64,000 nt of DNA from Candidatus Pampinifervens sinense (GTDB lineage: Bacteria; Aquificota; Aquificia; Aquificales; Aquificaceae). A program made the translations under genes and the position numbers. The stretch covers positions 64,001 through 128,000 of the forward strand of contig JAXSPP010000001.1 in NCBI GenBank assembly GCA_037927135.1, in the 5' to 3' direction. The notes beneath the pieces are model-generated. The model made no database searches. It was not told where the DNA came from and saw nothing but the letters and a program-made list of their open reading frames with translations. Positions 1 to 9,696 of the stretch are shown here, one piece after another (the first letter of the stretch is position 1; each line of letters begins with the position of its first letter).

Positions 1-1452
1 TCCCTTATCATCAAACATAGCCCTAACTCTACCATAAGTTGTTCCAGCTACAAACACATCACCCACTCTGAGCGTGCCATCCTGGACCAAAACAGTAGCC
101 ACTATACCTCTTTGTTTATCCACCTTAGATTCTATGATGGTGCCCCTTGCTGGCCTGTCTGGGTCAGCCTTTAGCTCCATAATCTCCGCCAAAAGGAGTA
201 TGTATTCAAGGAGAGAGTCTACATTCTGTCCAGTTTTGGCAGAGATGTCTACAAAGATAGTATCTCCACCCCACTCCTCTGGTATAAGGCCAAGCTCAGA
301 AAGCTCCCTCCTTACCCTTTGAGGATCGGCTCCTGGCTTGTCTATCTTATTTACCGCCACGATTATAGGCACATTAAAGGCCCTGGCATGGTTTATAGCT
401 TCAACCGTTTGAGGCATGACACCATCATCAGCAGCCACCACAAGCACAGCTATGTCCGTAACCTGCGCACCCCTAGCCCTCAGAGAGGTGAAAGCCTCAT
501 GGCCGGGAGTATCAAGGAAGGTTATCTTTCTGCCATCCGGCAACTCTACCACAGAAGCACCTATATGCTGTGTTATGCCACCCTTTTCTCTTTCCACCAC
601 ATTGGTCTTCCTTATAGTGTCCAACAGCGTAGTCTTTCCATGGTCTACGTGTCCCATAACAACCACCACAGGTGGCCTTGGAACCTTCCCCTCAACCTTT
701 AGCTCCTCTTCCTCTTCCTTTAACTCCTCTTCTTCCTTCTTTATTTCTGCTAAAAAGCCAAAGCTCTCTACCACTTGCAAGGCCACATCTGTGGGCACCG
801 TTTGGTTTATAGTTGCCAAAATGCCTCTTTTAAGGAGTTCAGCTATGATTTGATTGGGTGGTATTTTGGTTATTTCTGAAAGCTCTCTAACGGTAACTAT
901 CTCCGGTATTTGAACAATTTTGATTTCTTCCTGCCTTTCTTCCTTCTTCTCCTTCTTTATATGTTGTTCTATTTTCTTAAGGGCTTGCTCCTCGCCCTTG
1001 CTCTCCTTGTCCTTATATGCTTGAGTTTTTTGAGATCTTTCTTCAGCTTTTGATGGTCTTGGTGGTGGAGGGGGTGGTATAGGAATCCTTGGAATAGGCA
1101 TCCTTCTATCTTCAAACCTACATGGCCTTTCTTCTACCTCTTCCTTTCTTTGAGGTTTAAACTCCCTTGGCTGTTGTCTTTCTTGTCTTTGAGGTTTAGC
1201 CCTCTGTTCCTTCCCTTTATCCACCTTATGCTCCTTCTCTGCCTGCGCTTTTTGTTCCTCCTTAGAAGTAGGCTCTTCTTCCTTAACCTTTTCCTTGGAA
1301 GGCATCAGATTATCATACACTATCTGGAGCTCCTCTTCGTCCAAATAGGAGAAATTGCCCTTTTCTATACCCCATTCTTTCAACACTTCCCTTATCTTCT
1401 TGACAGGTACTCCAAGCTCTCTTGCCACATCCTGAACTCTTAATTTTCCCAT
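1..1452 (-). CDS. infB: Translation initiation factor IF-2 (5' part; runs off the window start)
   Basis: Not in the ORF track. Minus-strand ATG at 1452 reads [15 protein letters not shown]..., then a charged/Pro-rich linker, then the GTPase motifs [28 protein letters not shown] and NKID. Confidence 0.97.
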   Translation of the reverse strand, partial: MGKLRVQDVARELGVPVKKIREVLKEWGIEKGNFSYLDEEELQIVYDNLMPSKEKVKEEEPTSKEEQKAQAEKEHKVDKGKEQRAKPQRQERQQPREFKPQRKEEVEERPCRFEDRRMPIPRIPIPPPPPPRPSKAEERSQKTQAYKDKESKGEEQALKKIEQHIKKEKKEERQEEIKIVQIPEIVTVRELSEITKIPPNQIIAELLKRGILATINQTVPTDVALQVVESFGFLAEIKKEEEELKEEEEELKVEGKVPRPPVVVVMGHVDHGKTTLLDTIRKTNVVEREKGGITQHIGASVVELPDGRKITFLDTPGHEAFTSLRARGAQVTDIAVLVVAADDGVMPQTVEAINHARAFNVPIIVAVNKIDKPGADPQRVRRELSELGLIPEEWGGDTIFVDISAKTGQNVDSLLEYILLLAEIMELKADPDRPARGTIIESKVDKQRGIVATVLVQDGTLRVGDVFVAGTTYGRVRAMFDDKG

Positions 1453-1473
1453 AGTTTATAATTATAAGCCTAA

Positions 1474-2229
1474 ATGCTGTCTGTTCTAATCCGTACAAAG
1501 AACGAGGAGAAGAACATAGAAAGAGCCATAAGGAGCGTGCTACCTTTAGCCGATGAAATTGTGGTGCTTGACTCTGGTTCAACGGATAGAACGGTAGAGA
1601 TGGCCAAGGGCCTTGGTGCAAAGGTCTATTTTAAAGAATGGGAGGGCTATGACAAGCAGCTAAACTATGGCATTGGCCTGTGTTCTGGGGATTGGGTCCT
1701 TGTGCTAGATGCGGACGAAGAGGTCTCAAGCAAGCTAAGGGAAAGCATAAAAAAAGAGCTAAAAAACCCAAGGTATGAGGTTTATAAGCTATGCAGAAAA
1801 ACCTTCTACCTTGGCAATTTTTTAAACCATACCTGGTATCCCGAATGGAGGGTAAGGCTCTTTAAAAAGGGCAAGGTTAGGTTTGAAGGTGAGCTTCACG
1901 AAAGGGTTGTATTTGAAGGCAAGGCAGGAAAGCTAAAGGGCGATATATACCACTATTCTTTTGAAAGCTTGGAAGACCAGTATTTGAAAACTATTAGATA
2001 TGCTAAGATAATGGCCAATAGGATGAAAGAGGAGGGCAAAAAGTTTAGACTTTACAACCTTATATTCAATCCTTTGTGGCATTTCTTTAAAATCTATTTT
2101 CTAAAGCTTGGCTTTTTGGATGGCTTGAGAGGCTTCTTAGTTGCCATGTCTGGCGCCATATATGTGTTTTTGAAGTATAAATTCCTTTATGAGTTGGAAC
2201 TCAAAGACAAAAAAGGGAGGATTTGGTAG
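1474..2229 (+). CDS. Family 2 glycosyltransferase (WaaE/KdtX-like, LPS core)
   Basis: GT2 motifs DSGSTD, LVLDADE and RVRLFK..HE. Confidence 0.9.
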   Translation: MLSVLIRTKNEEKNIERAIRSVLPLADEIVVLDSGSTDRTVEMAKGLGAKVYFKEWEGYDKQLNYGIGLCSGDWVLVLDADEEVSSKLRESIKKELKNPRYEVYKLCRKTFYLGNFLNHTWYPEWRVRLFKKGKVRFEGELHERVVFEGKAGKLKGDIYHYSFESLEDQYLKTIRYAKIMANRMKEEGKKFRLYNLIFNPLWHFFKIYFLKLGFLDGLRGFLVAMSGAIYVFLKYKFLYELELKDKKGRIW

Positions 2230-2231
2230 AA

Positions 2232-2966
2232 ATGCTATATAGCCTTAGGATGAGAGCGGAGCTTGAGGGAAGGCATGTATCGGGGGCAGAAAGGATAGTA
2301 AAGGCTAATGAGGTTGAAAAGACGATAAAGGAGTTTTTAAGGAGACCTAAGCTTTATGATAAGATGGTTATAACCATTGAAGACATCAAAGAAATTGAGT
2401 ATATACCAAAGGCCTTGCCTATTTATAGCTATGACTTTAAAAGCGTAGAAGAGGCTCATGAGTTTGCCGTAAGTATGCTTATAAAGGAAGGAATAAAAGA
2501 GGAGGTGGCCTTAAAGGGCTTGGAGCTTTTAAAGAGGGGTCCTAATCCAAAGGGTGGCAATATGAGGGGTGCGGTGCTTATGGATATGGAGTCTGGTGAT
2601 AGGCTTGAGCCAGACCAAGAGAGAGGCATAAGGACTGTGCGCTTTGATTGGAAGGACAGAAGGCTTATAAAAAGGCTTTTGAAAGAAAGAGGAATAAAAA
2701 GGTTCTACCTTGAGAGGCTTTTGGATGCCTTAGCTTTGGCTACAAAGAATATACACTGCGGGGTTGTGGCAGAGCTATGCTGGAGCGATGACCCAGATTA
2801 TACAACGGGCTATGTGGCTGGGAAAACCGTAGGCTATGTAAGGATAAAACCAATGAAAGAGGAGGGAGTTCCCATAGGTGGAAGGGTTTATTTTGTCAAA
2901 AAGGAAAATTTTGAAAACTTGGTAGAATGCCTTGAAAAGAAAGCAGTCCTAATAGAAGAATTATGA
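2232..2966 (+). CDS. bioW: 6-carboxyhexanoate--CoA ligase (pimeloyl-CoA synthetase)
   Basis: [27 protein letters not shown] and [16 protein letters not shown] signatures; start moved to ATG 2232. Confidence 0.93.
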   Translation: MLYSLRMRAELEGRHVSGAERIVKANEVEKTIKEFLRRPKLYDKMVITIEDIKEIEYIPKALPIYSYDFKSVEEAHEFAVSMLIKEGIKEEVALKGLELLKRGPNPKGGNMRGAVLMDMESGDRLEPDQERGIRTVRFDWKDRRLIKRLLKERGIKRFYLERLLDALALATKNIHCGVVAELCWSDDPDYTTGYVAGKTVGYVRIKPMKEEGVPIGGRVYFVKKENFENLVECLEKKAVLIEEL

Positions 2967-3018
2967 TATTCTTAAATCCTTATATAATGCAAGCTTAATT
3001 AACTATAAACTCTTTGAA

Positions 3019-3047
3019 TTGCATTTAAAGATTTTTGTTTTTATGAT
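3019..3047 (+). promoter_or_regulatory. Putative sigma-70 promoter of the FadL-family gene
   Basis: TTGCAT-17 nt-TATGAT upstream of GGAGG and ATG 3082. Confidence 0.5.
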
Positions 3048-3081
3048 TACAGGGAGGAAATTTTGTAAGGGAGGTAAAAAG

Positions 3082-4356
3082 ATGAGAAAGGTGTTGGCTG
3101 GAACAGCCCTTTTTGCACTTGCAGGACTTTCCTTTGCCACCAACGGAGACAACCTTATAGGTGTTTCTCCAGCCTCAAGGGGTATGGGTGGCATAGGTGT
3201 AGGTATGCCAGTAGGACCTACGGACTCTATCTTTAGAAACCCTGCTTGGATGAGCCAGTATAAGGGTTTTAACCTAAGCTTTGGTGGAATACTCTTTATA
3301 CCTGAGGTTAAGGCAAGAGTTCAAAATCCCATGGGAGACTCTGGTTTTCAAAGGTCCAAAGCGGACATGTTTGTTGTCCCGGAAGTTGGTATAGTGCATC
3401 AGATTAACGATAAACTCACCTTTGGTATAGGTGCTTTTGGTGTCTCAGGTATGGGTGTGGACTATAGGAACAATAGCAGATTGGTCTCTGCGATGGATCC
3501 ACTAACAGGAAAAGTTGTTCCCCTTAATATGCATACGAGCCTCCAGTTTATGCGGGTTATCCCAGCCCTTGCCTACAAGATAAACGACGCCATATCTGTT
3601 TCAGGTGCTCTTCACTTGGCTTATGGTTCACTGGATATGGGAGCAACCCTTTGTGCCAACGCTATGATTCCCGCCACCTGCTGGAACGCTGGCGGGGGTC
3701 AGTCCCAGACCTACGGCATTGGCTTCCAGCTGGGTCTTGCCTACAATATGGCGGACTTTGTCTATGCAGGTATAACTTATCAGAGCCCAGTTTCTATGAC
3801 CTACAAGAGGGTCTTTGACAGCAATGGGGATGGAAGGTTTGAAGACTTTAAACTCACCCAGCCTCAAGAGCTTGCCTTTGGTTTGGGTGTAAAGCCCATG
3901 GATAACCTAAAGGTGGGTATGGATATAAGGTGGATAAATTGGAAGGGCGCTACCGGATATAAACACTTCCAATGGAAGGACCAATGGGTAATTGCCATAG
4001 GTGGTGAGTACAAGCCAATACCCAAGCTCGCCCTAAGGGCTGGTTATAACTACGGAAAGTCTCCGATAAGGGGTGGAGCAAAGAATCCTACTAATGCCAA
4101 CACTATTCCAAACCTTGCAGCACCCTTTAGCGATTTTAATATAGCCTACTTCAACCTCATAGGCTTCCCAGCTATAACAGAACACCATATAACCCTTGGT
4201 TTGGGCTATGAGTTTACAAAGACTTTTAGCGTGGATGTGGCTTACAAACATGCCTTTAAAAAGACTGTAAAGGCTACGAATCAATCTGGTACATATCAAG
4301 TTGAAGCCTCCAATGCCCAAAACGCCATATCCATAGGCCTCAACTGGAAGTTCTAA
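3082..4356 (+). CDS. OmpP1/FadL-family outer-membrane channel
   Basis: Signal peptide, SRGMGG and NPA motifs, alternating beta strands and C-terminal Phe. Start 3082 follows GGAGG. Confidence 0.88.
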   Translation: MRKVLAGTALFALAGLSFATNGDNLIGVSPASRGMGGIGVGMPVGPTDSIFRNPAWMSQYKGFNLSFGGILFIPEVKARVQNPMGDSGFQRSKADMFVVPEVGIVHQINDKLTFGIGAFGVSGMGVDYRNNSRLVSAMDPLTGKVVPLNMHTSLQFMRVIPALAYKINDAISVSGALHLAYGSLDMGATLCANAMIPATCWNAGGGQSQTYGIGFQLGLAYNMADFVYAGITYQSPVSMTYKRVFDSNGDGRFEDFKLTQPQELAFGLGVKPMDNLKVGMDIRWINWKGATGYKHFQWKDQWVIAIGGEYKPIPKLALRAGYNYGKSPIRGGAKNPTNANTIPNLAAPFSDFNIAYFNLIGFPAITEHHITLGLGYEFTKTFSVDVAYKHAFKKTVKATNQSGTYQVEASNAQNAISIGLNWKF

Positions 4357-4366
4357 AAAACTCCTT

Positions 4367-4390
4367 GGGGAGGCTCTTCCTCCCCTCCTT
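4367..4390 (+). terminator. Putative intrinsic terminator
   Basis: GGGGAGG-CTCTT-CCTCCCC hairpin just after the stop; weak U-tract. Confidence 0.5.
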
Positions 4391-4465
4391 AAAAGGTGAT
4401 AAGCCTCATACAAAATTCCAAAGGCTTCTGGTAGAATACTCTCAAAACTTTTAAGGAGGTAATCA

Positions 4466-4798
4466 ATGGAGTTTAGGCATGTCTTTATATGCGTTAATCA
4501 AAGGCCTCCGGGCCATCCCATGGGTTCCTGTGCAGAAAAGGGAAGCAGAGAGCTATACCAAGCCTTTATGGAAAAGGTCCAGATGGACCCAGAGCTTTTT
4601 ATGAGCACCCTTATAACACCTACGGGCTGTCTTGGTCCCTGTGGGTTGGGTCCCACCATAGTGGTCTACCCAGATGCCGTGTGGTATGGCAATGTAAAGC
4701 CCTCCGATGTGGAGGAGATAGTGCAAAGCCACCTCAAGGGTGGAAAGCCAGTAGAAAGGCTGGTGGTTTCAAAAGGGAAGCCACCGGGTATGTTTTAA
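4466..4798 (+). CDS. Thioredoxin-like [2Fe-2S] ferredoxin (Aquifex Fd4 type)
   Basis: HVFICVNQRPPGHPMGSC and TGCLGPC..GP..VVYPD..WY Cys pattern. Confidence 0.92.
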   Translation: MEFRHVFICVNQRPPGHPMGSCAEKGSRELYQAFMEKVQMDPELFMSTLITPTGCLGPCGLGPTIVVYPDAVWYGNVKPSDVEEIVQSHLKGGKPVERLVVSKGKPPGMF

Positions 4799-4809
4799 AA
4801 GGTTGGGGG

Positions 4810-5052
4810 CTATACAGCCCCTGGCACTCCTTCTTCTTCAAACTCTATTTCCATCCTTTCTGCGGGTATTATAGTGGTTATGGCATGCTTATAAACAAGG
4901 GTTTGTTGACGGCCATCTTCCATAAGTATAGTGTATAGGTCAAAAGACCTTATCCTTCCTTGAAGCCTAACACCGTTGATAAGATAAATGGTTACCTTTA
5001 CCCTTCTTTTCCTTGCTGTGTTCAAAAAGGCCTCCTGCAACTTGTATGCCAT
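4810..5052 (-). CDS. hfq: RNA chaperone Hfq
   Basis: LQEAFLN, YLINGVRLQG..SFD and LVYKHAI Sm motifs. Confidence 0.97.
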   Translation of the reverse strand: MAYKLQEAFLNTARKRRVKVTIYLINGVRLQGRIRSFDLYTILMEDGRQQTLVYKHAITTIIPAERMEIEFEEEGVPGAV

Positions 5053-5055
5053 CTT

Positions 5056-6045
5056 TTAGCTCCTCCTTTCCAAAAATTCCATAGTTGTCTGGTAAAGTTT
5101 TTCTGCTAAAGAAATATAATACTGGGAATTTTCCAAATTTTCAAGAAGTTCTAAAGGGAAAACCCATAGGCCACCGTAGGCACCTACAAAGGACCCCAGA
5201 AGGTATCCTATGGCGTCCGTGTCTCCACCCACCATACCACAGGCATTAACACCTCTCCAAAAAGCTTCTAAAGGATCTTCTATATACCTTAAGAAAAGGA
5301 AGATTGACAAAGGTAGAGCTTCAAAGACAAAGGTGGAGTTTCCTATTTCCCTTATGGCTTCTTCTTCATCTGCACCAGAATCCAAAAGTTTTGCCACCTT
5401 ATCAAGATAAACCTTGTTTTTATCATGCTTTATAAAGGTCTTTAGGTTTTCAATGAGTGCCAGCCTATCCCTTAAATCTCTCAAGTCAAAGCTCTCAAGG
5501 ACCAAAAAAGAAATAAGGGCAGAGACTACAGCGCTTGCATCATAAATCTCCTTGCTCCTGTGGGTTATAAGGCTTACAAGCCTTCCAGCCTCCGCAGAGA
5601 GGTAAGGATTATAGTAGTGGAAAAGGCCTGTGATGGTGCAACGAAGCACACCCTCCACAGAGTAGGAGACTAGGCCAGCTTCATCAAGGCCCACACCTGA
5701 AGAAAGAAGGTCTATGGCCGTTATAAGGGTTGGGTCAGGATACCGATGGATCTCTTCCCTGTCTGCCCATGCTTTTAGCTTGGCAAAAAAGTGATAAGGG
5801 TCAAGGCTCTTTCTCTCCACTATGCTTTCTGCAAGCAGTATGCTTATGGTAGTCTCATCCGTAGTTTGCTCTGGTTCCAAGCCTACCGATGGACTGTGAG
5901 GATGAGGTTCCACAAAGCCCCTTATAGCCCCACCATAAAAGCTTACCACTTCCTCAAAAGGCACATCTTCAAGGCTTTTACCAATAGCATCTCCAAGAGC
6001 ACCACCTAAAAGGGTTCCTTTAAACTTTTCAAGGACTATATCCAT
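5056..6045 (-). CDS. ADP-ribosylglycohydrolase family protein
   Basis: GALGDAIG, TTDET and GGDTDAIG motifs. Confidence 0.88.
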   Translation of the reverse strand: MDIVLEKFKGTLLGGALGDAIGKSLEDVPFEEVVSFYGGAIRGFVEPHPHSPSVGLEPEQTTDETTISILLAESIVERKSLDPYHFFAKLKAWADREEIHRYPDPTLITAIDLLSSGVGLDEAGLVSYSVEGVLRCTITGLFHYYNPYLSAEAGRLVSLITHRSKEIYDASAVVSALISFLVLESFDLRDLRDRLALIENLKTFIKHDKNKVYLDKVAKLLDSGADEEEAIREIGNSTFVFEALPLSIFLFLRYIEDPLEAFWRGVNACGMVGGDTDAIGYLLGSFVGAYGGLWVFPLELLENLENSQYYISLAEKLYQTTMEFLERRS

Positions 6046-6050
6046 GATTT

Positions 6051-8057
6051 TTAATATACTTCAAGCTCCACCGGTTTATATTCTCTTAGATTTCTCATAA
6101 GACTGCTGAAGGATCTTTTGTCCACCTTTATAAGGAGCTCCCAAAGGCCTTCCACTTTTCTCCTTTTTACCTCAATGGGTAGGTTTCTCAATTTGGGAAA
6201 GGCCTTAAGCTTTACTTTAACAAGCCTCTTGAAAGGAGGAAGATCCTCCACCTTTCTCCTTTCCAGCTCCTCATTGCAAAAACCTTTCCAGTCTTTGCCC
6301 TTTATATATCCCAGTATAGGATGATCCTCTAGTACTGTTTGTATTATGAGCCTTTTTTTGCTTATGCAGAGGGCTTGCCACATGTAGGAAAAGTACCTTT
6401 CCAAAGAATCAAACCAAGGCACTGAAAGTATGTTATCTCCATGAAGGACCAAAACATTATCGTAAACTCTTCCAAGCCTTGGCACAGTATCAAAATGGAA
6501 GTTTTCCCTTTGTCCAAAGAGTTTAAAAACTTCCTCCATAGCCTTTTCTATACCAAATCCAAGTTCATCCAGCTGTCTACCACACTCTGGACAATGGGCA
6601 GGAGCCTTATATCCACAAGAGGTGCAAAAAACCGTATCCTTGCTCTTGCTCAGTGTTAAAAAGCTTTTACACTTGGGACACTCCACTATCCAACCGCAAT
6701 AATTACAAAAGGCGTAGGCATACCCACCCTTATTCACAAGGAAGAGCCACTCTTCTTGACTGTTTTTTATGAGCTCTTTTGCCTGAGGAGAAAGGATCTC
6801 TTGAGCCTTCCTTCTGAAGATAAAAACATCCGCTTGAGGTGTGTGATAATGCTTTTCCCAATCGTCCCTTAGGCAAAGGGCAAGAGGTATATGGGTGCTG
6901 ACAAAGAGGAAGTTGGCCCCATAATACCTGGAAAGTGTATACAGGAAGAGCCTTGTGTCAAAGCCATTCCACCAGGCTTTTGTAAAACCTTCATCAAAAT
7001 AAACTAATAGGCTTAGGGTTTTCAGTGGAGCAAGAAGGGCTATCTTTGTTCCCAAAAGCACTATACCTTCCTCAGAAGAGACAGAGAACCACTTTTTGAT
7101 AAAGTCCTTGGGCTTGTCTTGAGACTTGAGGAGAATTAGCCTATCCTTTAAGAGTGGATAAAGGTGTTGGTAAAGCACGGAAAGAAGGGAAAGACTGGGG
7201 CAGAAGATAAAGGCATTCTTCCTTTCCTGAACAAGCCTTTCAAGTTCGGAGCTAATATGACCTATAATCCCCTCCCAACTGCCAAAGATTACAGACCTTT
7301 CTCCCAAGGGCTTCAAATACTCCATTTTGATCTGCCTTAAAGTAGGAACCTCTCTTATCTCTTGGATTATCTCCTCCCTTTCCCCGACTATACCCTTTTG
7401 GACAAGCGCTCTTATGTCTTCACTCTTAAAGCCTGCCGATCTTAGCTCTTCCTTACTTACTACCCTATTTTCTAAAAGGTAGTATATTAACCTTTGCTTT
7501 CCCTCTTTGTTCTTAAACCGCTTTAGCTTTTGAATAGCTTCTTCCAGTGGCACAAGAAGGCTATAGTAGGTTGTAGTAAGGTTTGGCATCTTCCATTCTT
7601 TTACCCTTTTTAGAAAGCCAAGGTCCAATAGCTTTTCAACAAGTTCTTTGCCAAACTTTTCCTTTAAACTTTCTTCTTTAACAGCCCTTCGCACCTTTAC
7701 ATACTCAAGAACGTTCAGGCTCAACCTATCAACATACTTCCAATCCTTTTCCCCAAGACAGATATACTCTTCTTCCCTCCAGTCAAAGACTGAAGGCACA
7801 AGGTCAAAAAGGATCAGCCATGGAAGCTGGGCATAATGGTTGGCAACCTCTAACACAGAAAGTATATGTTTTTCGGTGGTAAAGGGCTTTTCATCTGGGA
7901 AAGATACATCTAAAACTTCTCCCTCTTCCGACAGCCCTACCACTATACCAGTCCTTCCCTTAAGAAGTACCCTGTAGCCCACAGGGCTAGTAGGATATGG
8001 GAAGTTAGCTTTTACCTTTAACGTCCTACCGCTGGGTAGGGCTACTTTTAGGCTCAT
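6051..8057 (-). CDS. priA: Primosomal protein N' (PriA) homologue with degenerate helicase motifs
   Basis: Eight-Cys zinc region (CNYC, CPKC, CTSC, CPEC), GFGIEK and ELERRK...PPF. Start 8057 overlaps the queD stop (ATGA). Confidence 0.82.
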   Translation of the reverse strand: MSLKVALPSGRTLKVKANFPYPTSPVGYRVLLKGRTGIVVGLSEEGEVLDVSFPDEKPFTTEKHILSVLEVANHYAQLPWLILFDLVPSVFDWREEEYICLGEKDWKYVDRLSLNVLEYVKVRRAVKEESLKEKFGKELVEKLLDLGFLKRVKEWKMPNLTTTYYSLLVPLEEAIQKLKRFKNKEGKQRLIYYLLENRVVSKEELRSAGFKSEDIRALVQKGIVGEREEIIQEIREVPTLRQIKMEYLKPLGERSVIFGSWEGIIGHISSELERLVQERKNAFIFCPSLSLLSVLYQHLYPLLKDRLILLKSQDKPKDFIKKWFSVSSEEGIVLLGTKIALLAPLKTLSLLVYFDEGFTKAWWNGFDTRLFLYTLSRYYGANFLFVSTHIPLALCLRDDWEKHYHTPQADVFIFRRKAQEILSPQAKELIKNSQEEWLFLVNKGGYAYAFCNYCGWIVECPKCKSFLTLSKSKDTVFCTSCGYKAPAHCPECGRQLDELGFGIEKAMEEVFKLFGQRENFHFDTVPRLGRVYDNVLVLHGDNILSVPWFDSLERYFSYMWQALCISKKRLIIQTVLEDHPILGYIKGKDWKGFCNEELERRKVEDLPPFKRLVKVKLKAFPKLRNLPIEVKRRKVEGLWELLIKVDKRSFSSLMRNLREYKPVELEVY

Positions 8058-8554
8058 TGACCGTAGTATTCGGCCTTTGATGTGGGTGTCTCCCAAAGCA
8101 CTACCTTTATAACCTTTACCTCCTCCAATAGGCCTACCTCAGATAGCTTTTCCACCAGAAAGTCATAGAAAAACTTGGCTAAGGCCTCTGCCGTTGGACA
8201 AAAGTTTACCGGAAATATCTTAAGAGCACCGTATTTTTCCGCCAAAGCCTTTAGCTCTTCATACATAGGGTCGTTTACATCTATGATGAAACTGTGGTCT
8301 ATAGCTTCTATCAAATCCTTCAAAGCGTTCTTTACATGATAAAAGTCCAAAACCATATCCTGTTCTGAAAGGGTGTTGGATCCTAGTGTAACCTCCAGAA
8401 GATAGCTGTGTCCGTGTAGGTTTATGCATTTATTTACTGGCACTTCCTTTCCGATGGTAAGCTCCGCACCCCTCCCACAGGTAAGGTTTTGCTTCCAAAC
8501 CCTGTGGCCTGCTTCAAACCTAAAGGTCTTTGTTATCTGCCACCTTGCTACCAT
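8054..8554 (-). CDS. queD: 6-carboxy-5,6,7,8-tetrahydropterin synthase
   Basis: FEAGH, C..LHGHSY, DHSF, PTAE and WETP motifs. Confidence 0.88.
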   Translation of the reverse strand: MVARWQITKTFRFEAGHRVWKQNLTCGRGAELTIGKEVPVNKCINLHGHSYLLEVTLGSNTLSEQDMVLDFYHVKNALKDLIEAIDHSFIIDVNDPMYEELKALAEKYGALKIFPVNFCPTAEALAKFFYDFLVEKLSEVGLLEEVKVIKVVLWETPTSKAEYYGQ

Positions 8555-8787
8555 ATTACAACCCTCTCAGCCTTAACTATAAGCTCCGCTATCTCCTCAT
8601 AGCTTTTTGTAAGGTTTTCTGGTATTTTAATCCCTCTTGCTTGGGCATCTTCTCTGCATACATACCATCCTTTTCTCGTTGGAAATCGCAGAACACCATC
8701 CTGAATTAGGATGACCAAGTCATCCTCTTCTACAAGGTCAGAGTTAAAATCTCCCAACTTCCTCACAAGCCATAAGGTCTTTACCAT
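8548..8787 (-). CDS. DsrH/TusB-family sulfur-relay protein
   Basis: LIQDGV, DAQARGI and C-terminal W; last gene of the tusA-dsrE-dsrF cluster. Confidence 0.8.
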   Translation of the reverse strand: MVKTLWLVRKLGDFNSDLVEEDDLVILIQDGVLRFPTRKGWYVCREDAQARGIKIPENLTKSYEEIAELIVKAERVVIW

Positions 8788-9125
8788 ACCATTACAGCCT
8801 CCGATTCCTTTATAATCTCCCTTATCTCTTCAAGGCTTCTTACCTCAACTCTATACCTTAGATCCTCTGGGTTTAGCCCCCTTTCTTCCAAAGAGGTATC
8901 TTCTACAAAGACCTTTACATTAACATACTCCATATTTTCCAAAAGCCTTTCAAAGCCTTCTATACCCAGCCATTCTGGATGCCATCTTGTGAGCGCATAC
9001 ACACCATCCTTTATGAATATAAGGCTTACTTCACAGCTTATTCCTAGGGCCATTGCGACCCTTAATGCCTCATGACACTTCCAAGAGAAAGGATCTCCCT
9101 TTACTATAAAGGCTATTTTCTTCAT
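8781..9125 (-). CDS. DsrF/TusC-family protein
   Basis: EALRVAMA, FIKDGVY and SLEERGL. Confidence 0.8.
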   Translation of the reverse strand: MKKIAFIVKGDPFSWKCHEALRVAMALGISCEVSLIFIKDGVYALTRWHPEWLGIEGFERLLENMEYVNVKVFVEDTSLEERGLNPEDLRYRVEVRSLEEIREIIKESEAVMVW

Positions 9126-9126
9126 T

Positions 9127-9429
9127 TTAGTTAAAGTTTATCACCTTGTCATAGTCTTGTATTATCCTTGACAGGTTGTAAGTAGAACTACTCTCAAAAA
9201 ATTCAAGCGGTTTTTCTATACCCCTCTGATGGGCTGAATGGGCACAGTATAGCAACCTTGCCCCCAACTCTTTAAACCTTTTAGTTTCTGGCATTATGAT
9301 GTAATAGGCACCGTTGCCCGTGAAAAACAGTGTAACTTCTCCCCTTTTTACCAGCTCCTCTACTAGCCTTACTATAGTGTTATAATCCTTTGCAAAAGGA
9401 TTGCTCGTTATTATAAATAGAAACCTCAT
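9127..9429 (-). CDS. DsrE/TusD-family sulfurtransferase
   Basis: LFFTGNG and catalytic-type Cys in LYCAHSAHQRGI. Confidence 0.8.
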   Translation of the reverse strand: MRFLFIITSNPFAKDYNTIVRLVEELVKRGEVTLFFTGNGAYYIIMPETKRFKELGARLLYCAHSAHQRGIEKPLEFFESSSTYNLSRIIQDYDKVINFN

Positions 9430-9668
9430 CTTACCTTCCTTATTAGGATCTCCCAGGTGTTTTCTCCTATTTGATTGACAGCCAACACCTCTTGACCCTC
9501 TTCCTTCATGCTTTTGGGAACACTTTCTGCAGAGGGCTTATAGTCTACTATCACCCTTAGGACCTGGCCTATTTCCATCTGTTCAAGGGCAAGCTTACTT
9601 TTAACAAAGGTGAAAGGACACACATCACCTCTTATATCTAACTCCTTGTCGTAGCTTACCCCTTCCAT
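9426..9668 (-). CDS. tusA: TusA/SirA-family sulfur carrier
   Basis: LDIRGDVCPF motif and VLRVIVD. Confidence 0.88.
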   Translation of the reverse strand: MEGVSYDKELDIRGDVCPFTFVKSKLALEQMEIGQVLRVIVDYKPSAESVPKSMKEEGQEVLAVNQIGENTWEILIRKVR

Positions 9669-9696
9669 GGATCCATTAAATTATAAAACATCCACA

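Noticed and set aside
74-1443. Plus-strand ORFs of 82-145 aa (and similar shadow ORFs throughout the track)
   Set aside because: They are antisense shadows of infB and other well-supported genes and show no motifs.
5056-6045. DraG-like and NifA-like genes as a sign of nitrogen fixation
   Set aside because: No nif or draT genes are in the window, and both families are widespread outside diazotrophs.
8548-9429. dsrEFH as evidence for a Dsr sulfite-reductase pathway
   Set aside because: No dsrAB, dsrC or dsrMKJOP in the window.
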